Positions 21,407 through 30,990 of a stretch of DNA of 64,000 nt are shown here, one piece after another. The translations under genes were made by a program, and so were the position numbers. This DNA is from Candidatus Limnocylindrales bacterium (GTDB lineage Bacteria; Chloroflexota; Limnocylindria; Limnocylindrales; CSP1-4), in assembly GCA_038915165.1 (NCBI GenBank), contig JBCLDE010000003.1, positions 12,008-76,007 of the forward strand, given 5' to 3'. The first letter of the stretch is position 1; every line of letters begins with the position of its first letter. Under the pieces are notes generated by a model. That model had not been told where the DNA came from. It made no database searches and saw only the letters and a list, made by a program, of their open reading frames with translations.

Positions 21407-21586
21407 GGATGGTCGTCGCGGCCGGAAGGAGCGCGACGACCGATGAGTCAGCAGGCACGGTCGACCGCCGGGGCCGAACCGCGGCCATTCTACCCGGCCC
21501 GCGTTCGTCTCGTGCGTCAGCGCCGGGCGCGGCCGTATCAGGTGCGGTCGTGCGCGCTGGGCGCGTTGGGCTCGCTTGTCTCGTGC

Positions 21587-21652
21587 GTCCCCGCTGGCTG
21601 GCGTGGCCGTCCCGGGTGCGGCCGTCCCCGCTGGCTGGCGTGGCCGTCCCGG
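21587..21652. repeat. Tandem duplication (29-nt unit, 37-nt period, 2 copies) in the ctaC/ctaG divergent intergenic region, copy 1
   Basis: gtccccgctggctggcgtggccgtcccgg occurs at 21587..21615 and again at 21624..21652. Confidence 0.9.
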
Positions 21653-21682
21653 CTGGCGACTTGAACGCCGGTTCGTGCGACG

Positions 21683-22729
21683 ATGCGGCCGATGTTCCGA
21701 CGGCGGTCTCTCCTGGCGATGACGGGTGTCGTTGCCTCGACTGTCGTGACGCTACTTGCGTCAGCCGCGTTCGCCGGCCCGGTCGCGGCTCACGGGCCCG
21801 TCCCGACGGAGCCGCCGACCATCGGGTCGCTCCTCCTGGGCTGGACCTTCGAACCACTGCCGACCCTGGCCATCCTGGTCTCCATCGGCTGGTGGCTGTG
21901 GGCCGTCCGGCGGGTAGACGCGGCCCATCCCGCCAATCCAGTGCCCCGCCGTCGGACCGTCGCGTTCATGCTCGGGATGCTGGCCATCGCGTTCGCGCTG
22001 ATCTCGGGCATCGCCCGCTACGACACGGCGTTCTTCTCGGTCCACATGGTGCAGCACGTCCTGCTCACGCTCGTGGCCGCCCCACTCATCGCGATGGCTG
22101 CGCCCGTGACGCTGCTCCTGCGGGTCTCTTCGGTCGAAACGCGGCGGCGGCGGTGGTTGCCCGCGCTGCACTCGCGGGTCATGCGCGTCCTGGCCAATCC
22201 GGTGGCGGCTTGGATCATATTCGCCGGGATGATGTGGGCGGCCCATTTCTCGCCGCTCTTCAACGCGTCGCTGGAGGACCCGCTCGTCCACCAGATGGAG
22301 CACATCCTGTTTCTGATCGGTGCGCTCCTGTTCTGGTGGCCGGCGGTCGCGCTCGATCCCGCGCCGTGGCGGATGAGCCACCCCGCCAGGATCGGCTACA
22401 CGTTCCTGCAGATGACCCAGAACACATTCCTGGCGGTCGTCATCCTCAACGCGTCGACCGTGCTCTATCCGCATTACGCCACCGTCGTCGGACCGTGGGG
22501 GCTGGCCGCCCTGGATGACCAGCGGCTGGCAGCGGGGATCATGTGGATTGTCGGAGACGTCGTCTTCCTGACCGCCACCCTTGCTCTCGTCGCAGGTTGG
22601 ATGTGGGCCGAGGCGCGTGATTCACGCCGGGCGGACCGACGAGCCGATGCGGAGATGGCGCAGATCCGAATCCGCGAACGCCGCCTCGCCGAGCGCATGT
22701 CTGAGGAGCGCAGAGAGTCGCAGGGCTAG
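21683..22729 (+). CDS. ctaG: Cytochrome c oxidase assembly factor CtaG (Caa3_CtaG type), copy 1
   Basis: Mirror of 29668..30714. Confidence 0.8.
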   Translation: MRPMFRRRSLLAMTGVVASTVVTLLASAAFAGPVAAHGPVPTEPPTIGSLLLGWTFEPLPTLAILVSIGWWLWAVRRVDAAHPANPVPRRRTVAFMLGMLAIAFALISGIARYDTAFFSVHMVQHVLLTLVAAPLIAMAAPVTLLLRVSSVETRRRRWLPALHSRVMRVLANPVAAWIIFAGMMWAAHFSPLFNASLEDPLVHQMEHILFLIGALLFWWPAVALDPAPWRMSHPARIGYTFLQMTQNTFLAVVILNASTVLYPHYATVVGPWGLAALDDQRLAAGIMWIVGDVVFLTATLALVAGWMWAEARDSRRADRRADAEMAQIRIRERRLAERMSEERRESQG

Positions 22730-23197
22730 AACCCGGGACGTGGGGCCGTTGGGCGCGCGGCGTGGGGCCGTTGGGCGCTGCCCGCGACCTGGGCGCTGAT
22801 GAGGCTCACTCATCAGGAAGGCCTCGGGTGAGCGTGGCGGCGCACGGTTGTCGACAGAATCGGTGCACCGCCAAGCGTGCAAACCCCATAGTTGATGAGC
22901 CAGCATCATCACGGGGTCGCCGCACGAGGTCTCGGCCAGCGCGGCGGCCTGCGCGGCCTGCGCGGCGCCCGTCGCGGCACCCGGCGGCCGGACCCGTGTC
23001 CGGGCCCGGGCTGATGTTCCGCCTGGGAACGGATTCGCGATGAACGCCTCGTGGACCGATCCGCAGACAGCAGTTCATGACGGTTTGGGCGATGCACCAC
23101 GAGGGACTCATTCGAAAGGCGTTCCAAGGGGGAACGGCCCGGCATTCGGCCCGCGCGGCCGGCCGCGCATTCGGCCCGCGCGAACGGCCGCGTTGCC

Positions 23198-24199
23198 TCA
23201 GCCCTCGGGCGGGATCGGGGCGACGAGATACTCGAGGTAGCGGTCCGGGTCGACGTTCCCGCCGCTGACGATGGCCACGATGGAGCCGTCTCGTGGATCC
23301 AGCCCGGCCTCCGCAGCATGGAACGCGAGCGCGGCGATGGCCAGGGCGCCGGATGGCTCGGCGACGAGCCGGCTGCGCTCGGCGGCCAGACGGACCGCTG
23401 CAGCGATCTCTGCCTCGGAGACGGTGACCACGGAATCGAGATAGGCGCGCAGGTGCGCGAACGTCCGTCTTCCAAGCGCCTGGGTGCGCGTCCCGTCGGC
23501 GATCGTGCGCGAGACCAGTTCGGTCGGCCAGCGGACGATCTCGCCGCACAGGAGGGAGTCGCGGGCGTCGGCAGCCAGTTCTGGCTCCACGCCGATCACT
23601 CGTACCATCGGGCGCATGGCCTTGAGTGCGGTCGCCACGCCGCTGGCCAGTCCGCCGCCGCCGATCGGGACGAGGACCACGGCCAGGTCAGGCAGGTCCT
23701 GGACCAGCTCCAGGCCGATCGTGCCCTGGCCGGCGATGATCCGGTCGTCGTCGTAGGGCGGGATGACCGTCAGGCCGCGTTCAGCGGCGATCGCTTCAGC
23801 CACGCGCTGGCGCTCCTCGCTGGCGGTCCCGACCGTCACGATCTCGGCGCCATCCGCCGCGACCCGGGCGCGCTTGATGGCCGGTGCGTCGGACGGCATG
23901 ACGACCACGGCCGGGGCCCCCAGCAACAGGGCCGCGCGCGCAACGCCCTGGGCGTGGTTGCCCGACGAGTACGTGATGACCCCGCGGGCGAGCGCCTCGG
24001 CCGTCATCGTCGACATGGCCGCGTAGGCTCCGCGGAGCTTGAATGCGCCGATCGGCTGGAGCGATTCTGACTTCAGGAAGCGGCGCGCCTCCGGCGGCCC
24101 GAACGCGACGAGCGGGGTGTGCACGGCGACGCCAAGCAATCGTGCCGCTGCCGCCTGGATCGCGGCGAGATCGACGAGGGCCGCAGGTTCGGTGGCCAT
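23198..24199 (-). CDS. PLP-dependent threonine/serine dehydratase, copy 1
   Basis: Mirror of 28198..29199. Confidence 0.88.
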   Translation of the reverse strand: MATEPAALVDLAAIQAAAARLLGVAVHTPLVAFGPPEARRFLKSESLQPIGAFKLRGAYAAMSTMTAEALARGVITYSSGNHAQGVARAALLLGAPAVVVMPSDAPAIKRARVAADGAEIVTVGTASEERQRVAEAIAAERGLTVIPPYDDDRIIAGQGTIGLELVQDLPDLAVVLVPIGGGGLASGVATALKAMRPMVRVIGVEPELAADARDSLLCGEIVRWPTELVSRTIADGTRTQALGRRTFAHLRAYLDSVVTVSEAEIAAAVRLAAERSRLVAEPSGALAIAALAFHAAEAGLDPRDGSIVAIVSGGNVDPDRYLEYLVAPIPPEG

Positions 24200-24540
24200 C
24201 AGCGTTCGCGCCCGGCGAGGCGCTGGCATGCGATACATCGTGCCGCCCAGGGGAGCGCTTCAAGTCGTTCGGGCGCGATCCGCTTGCCGCAGCGCACGCA
24301 GGTACCGAACCTGCCGGCTTCGAGCCTCGCCAGCGCCTCGTCGACGAGAGCCAGCTGATGGTCCGCGCGCTCGCGCAGGGCGAGATCCCGCTGCTGGGCG
24401 AAGACCTCGCTGGCGGCGGTGGCCTGCGACCCGTAGGTCATCTGGGCAGGTGCCACGATCGCCTCCCCGATCTCATCGACCAGCCGGAGTCGCTCAGCCT
24501 GGAGGGTATCGCGCATGACGCTGAGGTCGGGCGCATCCAT
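24199..24540 (-). CDS. DksA/TraR-family C4 zinc-finger protein, copy 1
   Basis: Mirror of 27857..28198. Confidence 0.85.
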   Translation of the reverse strand: MDAPDLSVMRDTLQAERLRLVDEIGEAIVAPAQMTYGSQATAASEVFAQQRDLALRERADHQLALVDEALARLEAGRFGTCVRCGKRIAPERLEALPWAARCIACQRLAGRER

Positions 24541-24637
24541 CGTCGGATGGTACGTGACCAGGCTGTCCGACTACCACGAGGCGGCGATGCCAGGTTCGCC
24601 CGCTAGACTCAGGGGAGTACCAAGATGAGGAGACAAG

Positions 24638-24808
24638 ATGGCGATCGAGATCGATCCGGTGTGCGGCATGGAGGTCGATACGTCGACGAGCCAGCTGTCG
24701 CTGGAACACGACGGGAAGACGTACTGGTTGTGCGGCAAGGGCTGCCTGCTCGAGTTCCGCGACGACCCCGAGCGGTACCTGTCGCCCGACCACACGCCCT
24801 CGATGTAG
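24638..24808 (+). CDS. YHS-domain (TRASH-like metal-binding) small protein, copy 1
   Basis: 56 aa, below the ORF-track cutoff. GAGGAG lies 5-6 nt upstream of the ATG. MAIEIDPVCGMEVDTSTSQLSLEHDGKTYWLCGKGCLLEFRDDPERYLSPDHTPSM. Confidence 0.8.
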   Translation: MAIEIDPVCGMEVDTSTSQLSLEHDGKTYWLCGKGCLLEFRDDPERYLSPDHTPSM

Positions 24809-24815
24809 GCGTCAG

Positions 24816-24830
24816 GTAAGTCGCAGCTAA
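24816..24830 (-). repeat. Exact 15-mer TTAGCTGCGACTTAC (reverse orientation here)
   Basis: gtaagtcgcagctaa at 24816..24830. The same 15-mer occurs at 27567..27581 (mirror) and independently at 55088..55102. Confidence 0.95.
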
Positions 24831-25029
24831 GCGCTCGTCGCGACACTGGACGCGGCGGTCCTGGACCGGGCACTCCCTGGAGGGGTCAGCCGCCGATCGT
24901 GTGCCGGCGACCCGCCGGCGGAGGTGCCTCGTGCGTCAGTTGTTCGCCGCGCTCGTCGAGTTCGCCGGGCCGTTGGTCTTCTCGATCCTGGGCATCAAGT
25001 GGTAGGGCCGGCGTTCGGTCTTCGTTGGG

Positions 25030-25777
25030 TCAGCGGCGTGCCCCCGGTACGGCTGCCGGGTCGGCGGTGAGTCGAGCCGCGAGATAGACCGGGATGATGG
25101 AGGCCACCAGGACCAGGACGGCCGCCACGTTCACGAGCGGGAGCTGGTTCGGGCGTGAGTAGTTGCTGAAGATCCAGATCGGCAGCGTCTGGACGCCCGG
25201 ACCCGCCAGGAAGTTCGTGACGATGATCTCGTCGAAGGACAGCGCGAAGGCCAGCGCGAAGGCCAGCAATGCGCCGGCCACCAGCGCAGTTCGGAGCGCG
25301 GGGAACGTCACGCGCCGGAAGGTCGTGAACGTGTCGGCGCCGAGGTCGGCCGACGCCTCCTCGAATGTCCGGGAGGTCCGGCGGAGCCGCGCGATCGCGT
25401 TGTTGTACATCACCACGACGCAGAACGTGGCGTGGCCGATGATGATCGTCAGGATCCCGAAGTCGAAGCCGATCGTCCGGAATGCCGTGTTCAGCGCGAG
25501 GCCGGTCACGATGCCCGGCAGCGCCAGGGGCAGGATGACGATGAACGCGATCGTCTCGTGCCCGAAGAACCGGTGGCGAGCCACGGCCAGGGCCAGGAGC
25601 GAGCCGAGGACGAGCGCGAGGAGGGTCGCACCGACGGCGGCCTGGACCGAAGTGGCCATCGCCGCCCGGATCCCCTGGTCGTTGAACGCCTTGACATACC
25701 AGTCGATCGTGGATGAAGCCCAGAACGGCGACGGTCGTCGCCCGGAGCGCGATGGCGACCCAGCGCGGGATGCCCAT
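25030..25777 (-). pseudogene. PotC-type ABC permease with N-terminal deletion/frameshift, copy 1
   Basis: Mirror of 26620..27367. Confidence 0.65.
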
Positions 25778-25938
25778 CACAGCGCCCCGAAGGCGCCGAG
25801 GCGCCGCGCGACGAACAGGAACAGCAGCATGATCGTGACCGGGACCATCGTGTAGGCGGCGGCCAGCGGCTGGTTGCCGGCGACCCCGACGAGGTCGTAC
25901 ACGACGTTGCCGATGAACTTCGTGTTCGAGACGAGCGT
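25777..25938 (-). pseudogene. C-terminal 53 aa of a PotB-type ABC permease, fused in frame to the solute-binding-protein remnant, copy 1
   Basis: ..TLVSNTKFIGNVVYDLVGVAGNQPLAAAYTMVPVTIMLLFLFVARRLGAFGAL*. The stop overlaps the next ATG (ATGA). Confidence 0.6.
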
Positions 25939-26369
25939 GGGCGTGATGTAGTAGTAGACGTTCTTGAAGTAGTTCTCGTCGTTGGCGTGGAACGCCTCGC
26001 AGTGGCGGGAGTCGCAGTGGCGGGGGCTCTGCTTGTCCACCTCCACGCACGCGGCAGCGCTGACGGGTGACTCACCGAAGTAGACGGTGACGTCCGCGTT
26101 CGCCTTCGGCGAGATGATGTAGTCCATCCACTTGTACATGCAGTTCGGGTTGGCCGCCTTGGACGAGATCATCCAGGTGTCGGACCAGCCGGTCGCGCCT
26201 TCTTTGGGCAGGACGGCCACCATCTTGTCGCCACCTGCCGCGTTGAGCGTGTTGACCTGGTACTGCCACGCCGTCCCGACGACCATGTCGCCGTTGGCGA
26301 AGCCGTCGATTTCCTCCTGGGGCGGTGCCCCAGTACTTCCCGATCAGCGTCTTCTGGACCTTGAGCAGT
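25939..26369 (-). pseudogene. Polyamine-type (PotD/PotF-like) periplasmic solute-binding protein, internal and C-terminal remnant with frameshift
   Basis: ..LLKVQKTLIGKYWGTAP, frameshift at GGGG 26319..26322, then PQEEIDGFANGDMVVGTAWQYQVNTLNAAGGDKMVAVLPKEGATGWSDTWMISSKAANPNCMYKWMDYIISPKANADVTVYFGESPVSAAAC..HCEAFHANDENYFKNVYYYITP. No N-terminus is present. It spans the spacer and the end of the left arm. Confidence 0.65.
26028..26369. other. Unique 342-bp spacer at the palindrome centre (internal piece of a solute-binding-protein gene)
   Basis: Complementarity between the arms stops at 26027/26370 (26028 t versus complement of 26369 t). The minus strand of the spacer encodes ..LLKVQKTLIGKYWGTAP and, in another frame, PQEEIDGFANGDMVVGTAWQYQVN..VEVDKQS. 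Confidence 0.9.
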
Positions 26370-26370
26370 G

Positions 26371-26620
26371 CCCCCGCCACTGCGACTCCCGCCACTGCGA
26401 GGCGTTCCACGCCAACGACGAGAACTACTTCAAGAACGTCTACTACTACATCACGCCCACGCTCGTCTCGAACACGAAGTTCATCGGCAACGTCGTGTAC
26501 GACCTCGTCGGGGTCGCCGGCAACCAGCCGCTGGCCGCCGCCTACACGATGGTCCCGGTCACGATCATGCTGCTGTTCCTGTTCGTCGCGCGGCGCCTCG
26601 GCGCCTTCGGGGCGCTGTGA
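26371..26620 (+). pseudogene. Right-arm copy of the SBP tail fused to the PotB-type C-terminus
   Basis: PRHCDSRHCEAFHANDENYFKNVYYYITP + TLVSNTKFIGN..RRLGAFGAL*. No own start. The upstream part of ORF 26132..26620 is antisense spacer sequence. Confidence 0.6.
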
Positions 26621-27367
26621 TGGGCATCCCGCGCTGGGTCGCCATCGCGCTCCGGGCGACGACCGTCGCCGTTCTGGGCTTCATCCACGATCGACTGGTA
26701 TGTCAAGGCGTTCAACGACCAGGGGATCCGGGCGGCGATGGCCACTTCGGTCCAGGCCGCCGTCGGTGCGACCCTCCTCGCGCTCGTCCTCGGCTCGCTC
26801 CTGGCCCTGGCCGTGGCTCGCCACCGGTTCTTCGGGCACGAGACGATCGCGTTCATCGTCATCCTGCCCCTGGCGCTGCCGGGCATCGTGACCGGCCTCG
26901 CGCTGAACACGGCATTCCGGACGATCGGCTTCGACTTCGGGATCCTGACGATCATCATCGGCCACGCCACGTTCTGCGTCGTGGTGATGTACAACAACGC
27001 GATCGCGCGGCTCCGCCGGACCTCCCGGACATTCGAGGAGGCGTCGGCCGACCTCGGCGCCGACACGTTCACGACCTTCCGGCGCGTGACGTTCCCCGCG
27101 CTCCGAACTGCGCTGGTGGCCGGCGCATTGCTGGCCTTCGCGCTGGCCTTCGCGCTGTCCTTCGACGAGATCATCGTCACGAACTTCCTGGCGGGTCCGG
27201 GCGTCCAGACGCTGCCGATCTGGATCTTCAGCAACTACTCACGCCCGAACCAGCTCCCGCTCGTGAACGTGGCGGCCGTCCTGGTCCTGGTGGCCTCCAT
27301 CATCCCGGTCTATCTCGCGGCTCGACTCACCGCCGACCCGGCAGCCGTACCGGGGGCACGCCGCTGA
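26620..27367 (+). pseudogene. PotC-type ABC permease with N-terminal deletion/frameshift, copy 2
   Basis: ATG 26620 overlaps the upstream TGA. MGIPRWVAIALRATTVAVLGF (TM1) is in one frame. The body ..STIDWYVKAFNDQGIRAAMATSVQ.. to the stop (ORF 26738..27367) is in another. EAA-loop-like ..EEASADLGADTFTTFRRVTFP.. is present. About 20 aa normally found between TM1 and the WY motif appear to be missing. Confidence 0.65.
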
Positions 27368-27566
27368 CCCAACGAAGACCGAACGCCGGCCCTACCACTT
27401 GATGCCCAGGATCGAGAAGACCAACGGCCCGGCGAACTCGACGAGCGCGGCGAACAACTGACGCACGAGGCACCTCCGCCGGCGGGTCGCCGGCACACGA
27501 TCGGCGGCTGACCCCTCCAGGGAGTGCCCGGTCCAGGACCGCCGCGTCCAGTGTCGCGACGAGCGC

Positions 27567-27581
27567 TTAGCTGCGACTTAC
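27567..27581 (+). repeat. Exact 15-mer TTAGCTGCGACTTAC
   Basis: Read directly; flanks differ from the 55088 copy on both sides. Confidence 0.95.
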
Positions 27582-27588
27582 CTGACGC

Positions 27589-27759
27589 CTACATCGAGGG
27601 CGTGTGGTCGGGCGACAGGTACCGCTCGGGGTCGTCGCGGAACTCGAGCAGGCAGCCCTTGCCGCACAACCAGTACGTCTTCCCGTCGTGTTCCAGCGAC
27701 AGCTGGCTCGTCGACGTATCGACCTCCATGCCGCACACCGGATCGATCTCGATCGCCAT
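27589..27759 (-). CDS. YHS-domain small protein, copy 2
   Basis: Mirror of 24638..24808. Confidence 0.8.
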   Translation of the reverse strand: MAIEIDPVCGMEVDTSTSQLSLEHDGKTYWLCGKGCLLEFRDDPERYLSPDHTPSM

Positions 27760-27856
27760 CTTGTCTCCTCATCTTGGTACTCCCCTGAGTCTAGCGGGCG
27801 AACCTGGCATCGCCGCCTCGTGGTAGTCGGACAGCCTGGTCACGTACCATCCGACG

Positions 27857-28198
27857 ATGGATGCGCCCGACCTCAGCGTCATGCGCGATACCCTCCAGGC
27901 TGAGCGACTCCGGCTGGTCGATGAGATCGGGGAGGCGATCGTGGCACCTGCCCAGATGACCTACGGGTCGCAGGCCACCGCCGCCAGCGAGGTCTTCGCC
28001 CAGCAGCGGGATCTCGCCCTGCGCGAGCGCGCGGACCATCAGCTGGCTCTCGTCGACGAGGCGCTGGCGAGGCTCGAAGCCGGCAGGTTCGGTACCTGCG
28101 TGCGCTGCGGCAAGCGGATCGCGCCCGAACGACTTGAAGCGCTCCCCTGGGCGGCACGATGTATCGCATGCCAGCGCCTCGCCGGGCGCGAACGCTGA
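27857..28198 (+). CDS. DksA/TraR-family C4 zinc-finger protein, copy 2
   Basis: 113 aa; coiled-coil N-terminus and CVRCGKRIAPERLEALPWAARCIAC zinc finger. Confidence 0.85.
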   Translation: MDAPDLSVMRDTLQAERLRLVDEIGEAIVAPAQMTYGSQATAASEVFAQQRDLALRERADHQLALVDEALARLEAGRFGTCVRCGKRIAPERLEALPWAARCIACQRLAGRER

Positions 28199-29199
28199 TG
28201 GCCACCGAACCTGCGGCCCTCGTCGATCTCGCCGCGATCCAGGCGGCAGCGGCACGATTGCTTGGCGTCGCCGTGCACACCCCGCTCGTCGCGTTCGGGC
28301 CGCCGGAGGCGCGCCGCTTCCTGAAGTCAGAATCGCTCCAGCCGATCGGCGCATTCAAGCTCCGCGGAGCCTACGCGGCCATGTCGACGATGACGGCCGA
28401 GGCGCTCGCCCGCGGGGTCATCACGTACTCGTCGGGCAACCACGCCCAGGGCGTTGCGCGCGCGGCCCTGTTGCTGGGGGCCCCGGCCGTGGTCGTCATG
28501 CCGTCCGACGCACCGGCCATCAAGCGCGCCCGGGTCGCGGCGGATGGCGCCGAGATCGTGACGGTCGGGACCGCCAGCGAGGAGCGCCAGCGCGTGGCTG
28601 AAGCGATCGCCGCTGAACGCGGCCTGACGGTCATCCCGCCCTACGACGACGACCGGATCATCGCCGGCCAGGGCACGATCGGCCTGGAGCTGGTCCAGGA
28701 CCTGCCTGACCTGGCCGTGGTCCTCGTCCCGATCGGCGGCGGCGGACTGGCCAGCGGCGTGGCGACCGCACTCAAGGCCATGCGCCCGATGGTACGAGTG
28801 ATCGGCGTGGAGCCAGAACTGGCTGCCGACGCCCGCGACTCCCTCCTGTGCGGCGAGATCGTCCGCTGGCCGACCGAACTGGTCTCGCGCACGATCGCCG
28901 ACGGGACGCGCACCCAGGCGCTTGGAAGACGGACGTTCGCGCACCTGCGCGCCTATCTCGATTCCGTGGTCACCGTCTCCGAGGCAGAGATCGCTGCAGC
29001 GGTCCGTCTGGCCGCCGAGCGCAGCCGGCTCGTCGCCGAGCCATCCGGCGCCCTGGCCATCGCCGCGCTCGCGTTCCATGCTGCGGAGGCCGGGCTGGAT
29101 CCACGAGACGGCTCCATCGTGGCCATCGTCAGCGGCGGGAACGTCGACCCGGACCGCTACCTCGAGTATCTCGTCGCCCCGATCCCGCCCGAGGGCTGA
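28198..29199 (+). CDS. PLP-dependent threonine/serine dehydratase, copy 2
   Basis: ATG 28198 overlaps the upstream stop (ATGA). PLP-lysine motif ..SESLQPIGAFKLRGA.. and glycine loop ..PIGGGGLASG... ORF-track start 28159 is probably too early. Confidence 0.88.
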   Translation: MATEPAALVDLAAIQAAAARLLGVAVHTPLVAFGPPEARRFLKSESLQPIGAFKLRGAYAAMSTMTAEALARGVITYSSGNHAQGVARAALLLGAPAVVVMPSDAPAIKRARVAADGAEIVTVGTASEERQRVAEAIAAERGLTVIPPYDDDRIIAGQGTIGLELVQDLPDLAVVLVPIGGGGLASGVATALKAMRPMVRVIGVEPELAADARDSLLCGEIVRWPTELVSRTIADGTRTQALGRRTFAHLRAYLDSVVTVSEAEIAAAVRLAAERSRLVAEPSGALAIAALAFHAAEAGLDPRDGSIVAIVSGGNVDPDRYLEYLVAPIPPEG

Positions 29200-29667
29200 G
29201 GCAACGCGGCCGTTCGCGCGGGCCGAATGCGCGGCCGGCCGCGCGGGCCGAATGCCGGGCCGTTCCCCCTTGGAACGCCTTTCGAATGAGTCCCTCGTGG
29301 TGCATCGCCCAAACCGTCATGAACTGCTGTCTGCGGATCGGTCCACGAGGCGTTCATCGCGAATCCGTTCCCAGGCGGAACATCAGCCCGGGCCCGGACA
29401 CGGGTCCGGCCGCCGGGTGCCGCGACGGGCGCCGCGCAGGCCGCGCAGGCCGCCGCGCTGGCCGAGACCTCGTGCGGCGACCCCGTGATGATGCTGGCTC
29501 ATCAACTATGGGGTTTGCACGCTTGGCGGTGCACCGATTCTGTCGACAACCGTGCGCCGCCACGCTCACCCGAGGCCTTCCTGATGAGTGAGCCTCATCA
29601 GCGCCCAGGTCGCGGGCAGCGCCCAACGGCCCCACGCCGCGCGCCCAACGGCCCCACGTCCCGGGTT

Positions 29668-30714
29668 CTAGCCCTGCGACTCTCTGCGCTCCTCAGACAT
29701 GCGCTCGGCGAGGCGGCGTTCGCGGATTCGGATCTGCGCCATCTCCGCATCGGCTCGTCGGTCCGCCCGGCGTGAATCACGCGCCTCGGCCCACATCCAA
29801 CCTGCGACGAGAGCAAGGGTGGCGGTCAGGAAGACGACGTCTCCGACAATCCACATGATCCCCGCTGCCAGCCGCTGGTCATCCAGGGCGGCCAGCCCCC
29901 ACGGTCCGACGACGGTGGCGTAATGCGGATAGAGCACGGTCGACGCGTTGAGGATGACGACCGCCAGGAATGTGTTCTGGGTCATCTGCAGGAACGTGTA
30001 GCCGATCCTGGCGGGGTGGCTCATCCGCCACGGCGCGGGATCGAGCGCGACCGCCGGCCACCAGAACAGGAGCGCACCGATCAGAAACAGGATGTGCTCC
30101 ATCTGGTGGACGAGCGGGTCCTCCAGCGACGCGTTGAAGAGCGGCGAGAAATGGGCCGCCCACATCATCCCGGCGAATATGATCCAAGCCGCCACCGGAT
30201 TGGCCAGGACGCGCATGACCCGCGAGTGCAGCGCGGGCAACCACCGCCGCCGCCGCGTTTCGACCGAAGAGACCCGCAGGAGCAGCGTCACGGGCGCAGC
30301 CATCGCGATGAGTGGGGCGGCCACGAGCGTGAGCAGGACGTGCTGCACCATGTGGACCGAGAAGAACGCCGTGTCGTAGCGGGCGATGCCCGAGATCAGC
30401 GCGAACGCGATGGCCAGCATCCCGAGCATGAACGCGACGGTCCGACGGCGGGGCACTGGATTGGCGGGATGGGCCGCGTCTACCCGCCGGACGGCCCACA
30501 GCCACCAGCCGATGGAGACCAGGATGGCCAGGGTCGGCAGTGGTTCGAAGGTCCAGCCCAGGAGGAGCGACCCGATGGTCGGCGGCTCCGTCGGGACGGG
30601 CCCGTGAGCCGCGACCGGGCCGGCGAACGCGGCTGACGCAAGTAGCGTCACGACAGTCGAGGCAACGACACCCGTCATCGCCAGGAGAGACCGCCGTCGG
30701 AACATCGGCCGCAT
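29668..30714 (-). CDS. ctaG: Cytochrome c oxidase assembly factor CtaG (Caa3_CtaG type), copy 2
   Basis: 348 aa, polytopic. ..FFSVHMVQHVLLTLVAAPL.. and ..HQMEHILFLIGALLFWWP... Divergent from ctaC. Confidence 0.8.
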   Translation of the reverse strand: MRPMFRRRSLLAMTGVVASTVVTLLASAAFAGPVAAHGPVPTEPPTIGSLLLGWTFEPLPTLAILVSIGWWLWAVRRVDAAHPANPVPRRRTVAFMLGMLAIAFALISGIARYDTAFFSVHMVQHVLLTLVAAPLIAMAAPVTLLLRVSSVETRRRRWLPALHSRVMRVLANPVAAWIIFAGMMWAAHFSPLFNASLEDPLVHQMEHILFLIGALLFWWPAVALDPAPWRMSHPARIGYTFLQMTQNTFLAVVILNASTVLYPHYATVVGPWGLAALDDQRLAAGIMWIVGDVVFLTATLALVAGWMWAEARDSRRADRRADAEMAQIRIRERRLAERMSEERRESQG

Positions 30715-30744
30715 CGTCGCACGAACCGGCGTTCAAGTCGCCAG

Positions 30745-30810
30745 CCGGGACGGCCACGCCAGCCAGCGGGGACGGCCGCACCCGGGACGGCCACGCCAGC
30801 CAGCGGGGAC
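30745..30810. repeat. Tandem duplication in the ctaG/ctaC divergent intergenic region, copy 2
   Basis: Mirror of 21587..21652. Confidence 0.9.
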
Positions 30811-30990
30811 GCACGAGACAAGCGAGCCCAACGCGCCCAGCGCGCACGACCGCACCTGATACGGCCGCGCCCGGCGCTGACGCACGAGACGAACGCGGGC
30901 CGGGTAGAATGGCCGCGGTTCGGCCCCGGCGGTCGACCGTGCCTGCTGACTCATCGGTCGTCGCGCTCCTTCCGGCCGCGACGACCATCC

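Larger units (their letters stand above)
1..26027. repeat. Left arm of a giant inverted duplication (palindrome); reverse complement of 26370..52396
   Basis: Rule x -> 52397-x. Every ORF translation in the track recurs letter-for-letter on the other strand (2310..3596- = 48801..50087+; 7100..8074+ = 44323..45297-; 18619..20247- = 32150..33778+). nt 1-30 are the exact reverse complement of 52367-52396, and 25981-26026 of 26371-26416. The arm is cut by the window edge, so it may be longer. Confidence 0.97.

Noticed and set aside
23153-23168. A perfect 16-bp palindrome, GCGCGGCCGGCCGCGC, downstream of the dehydratase gene, as an intrinsic terminator (mirror 29229..29244).
   Set aside because: There is no U-tract on the transcribed strand. 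It lies within a short direct repeat (gcattcggcccgcgcg x2), so the evidence for terminator function is insufficient.
24931-25005. A 24-aa ORF, VRQLFAALVEFAGPLVFSILGIKW, with GGAGG 7 nt upstream (mirror 27392..27466).
   Set aside because: The RBS is good, but the peptide is too short and I cannot recognise a family. It is not reported as a feature.
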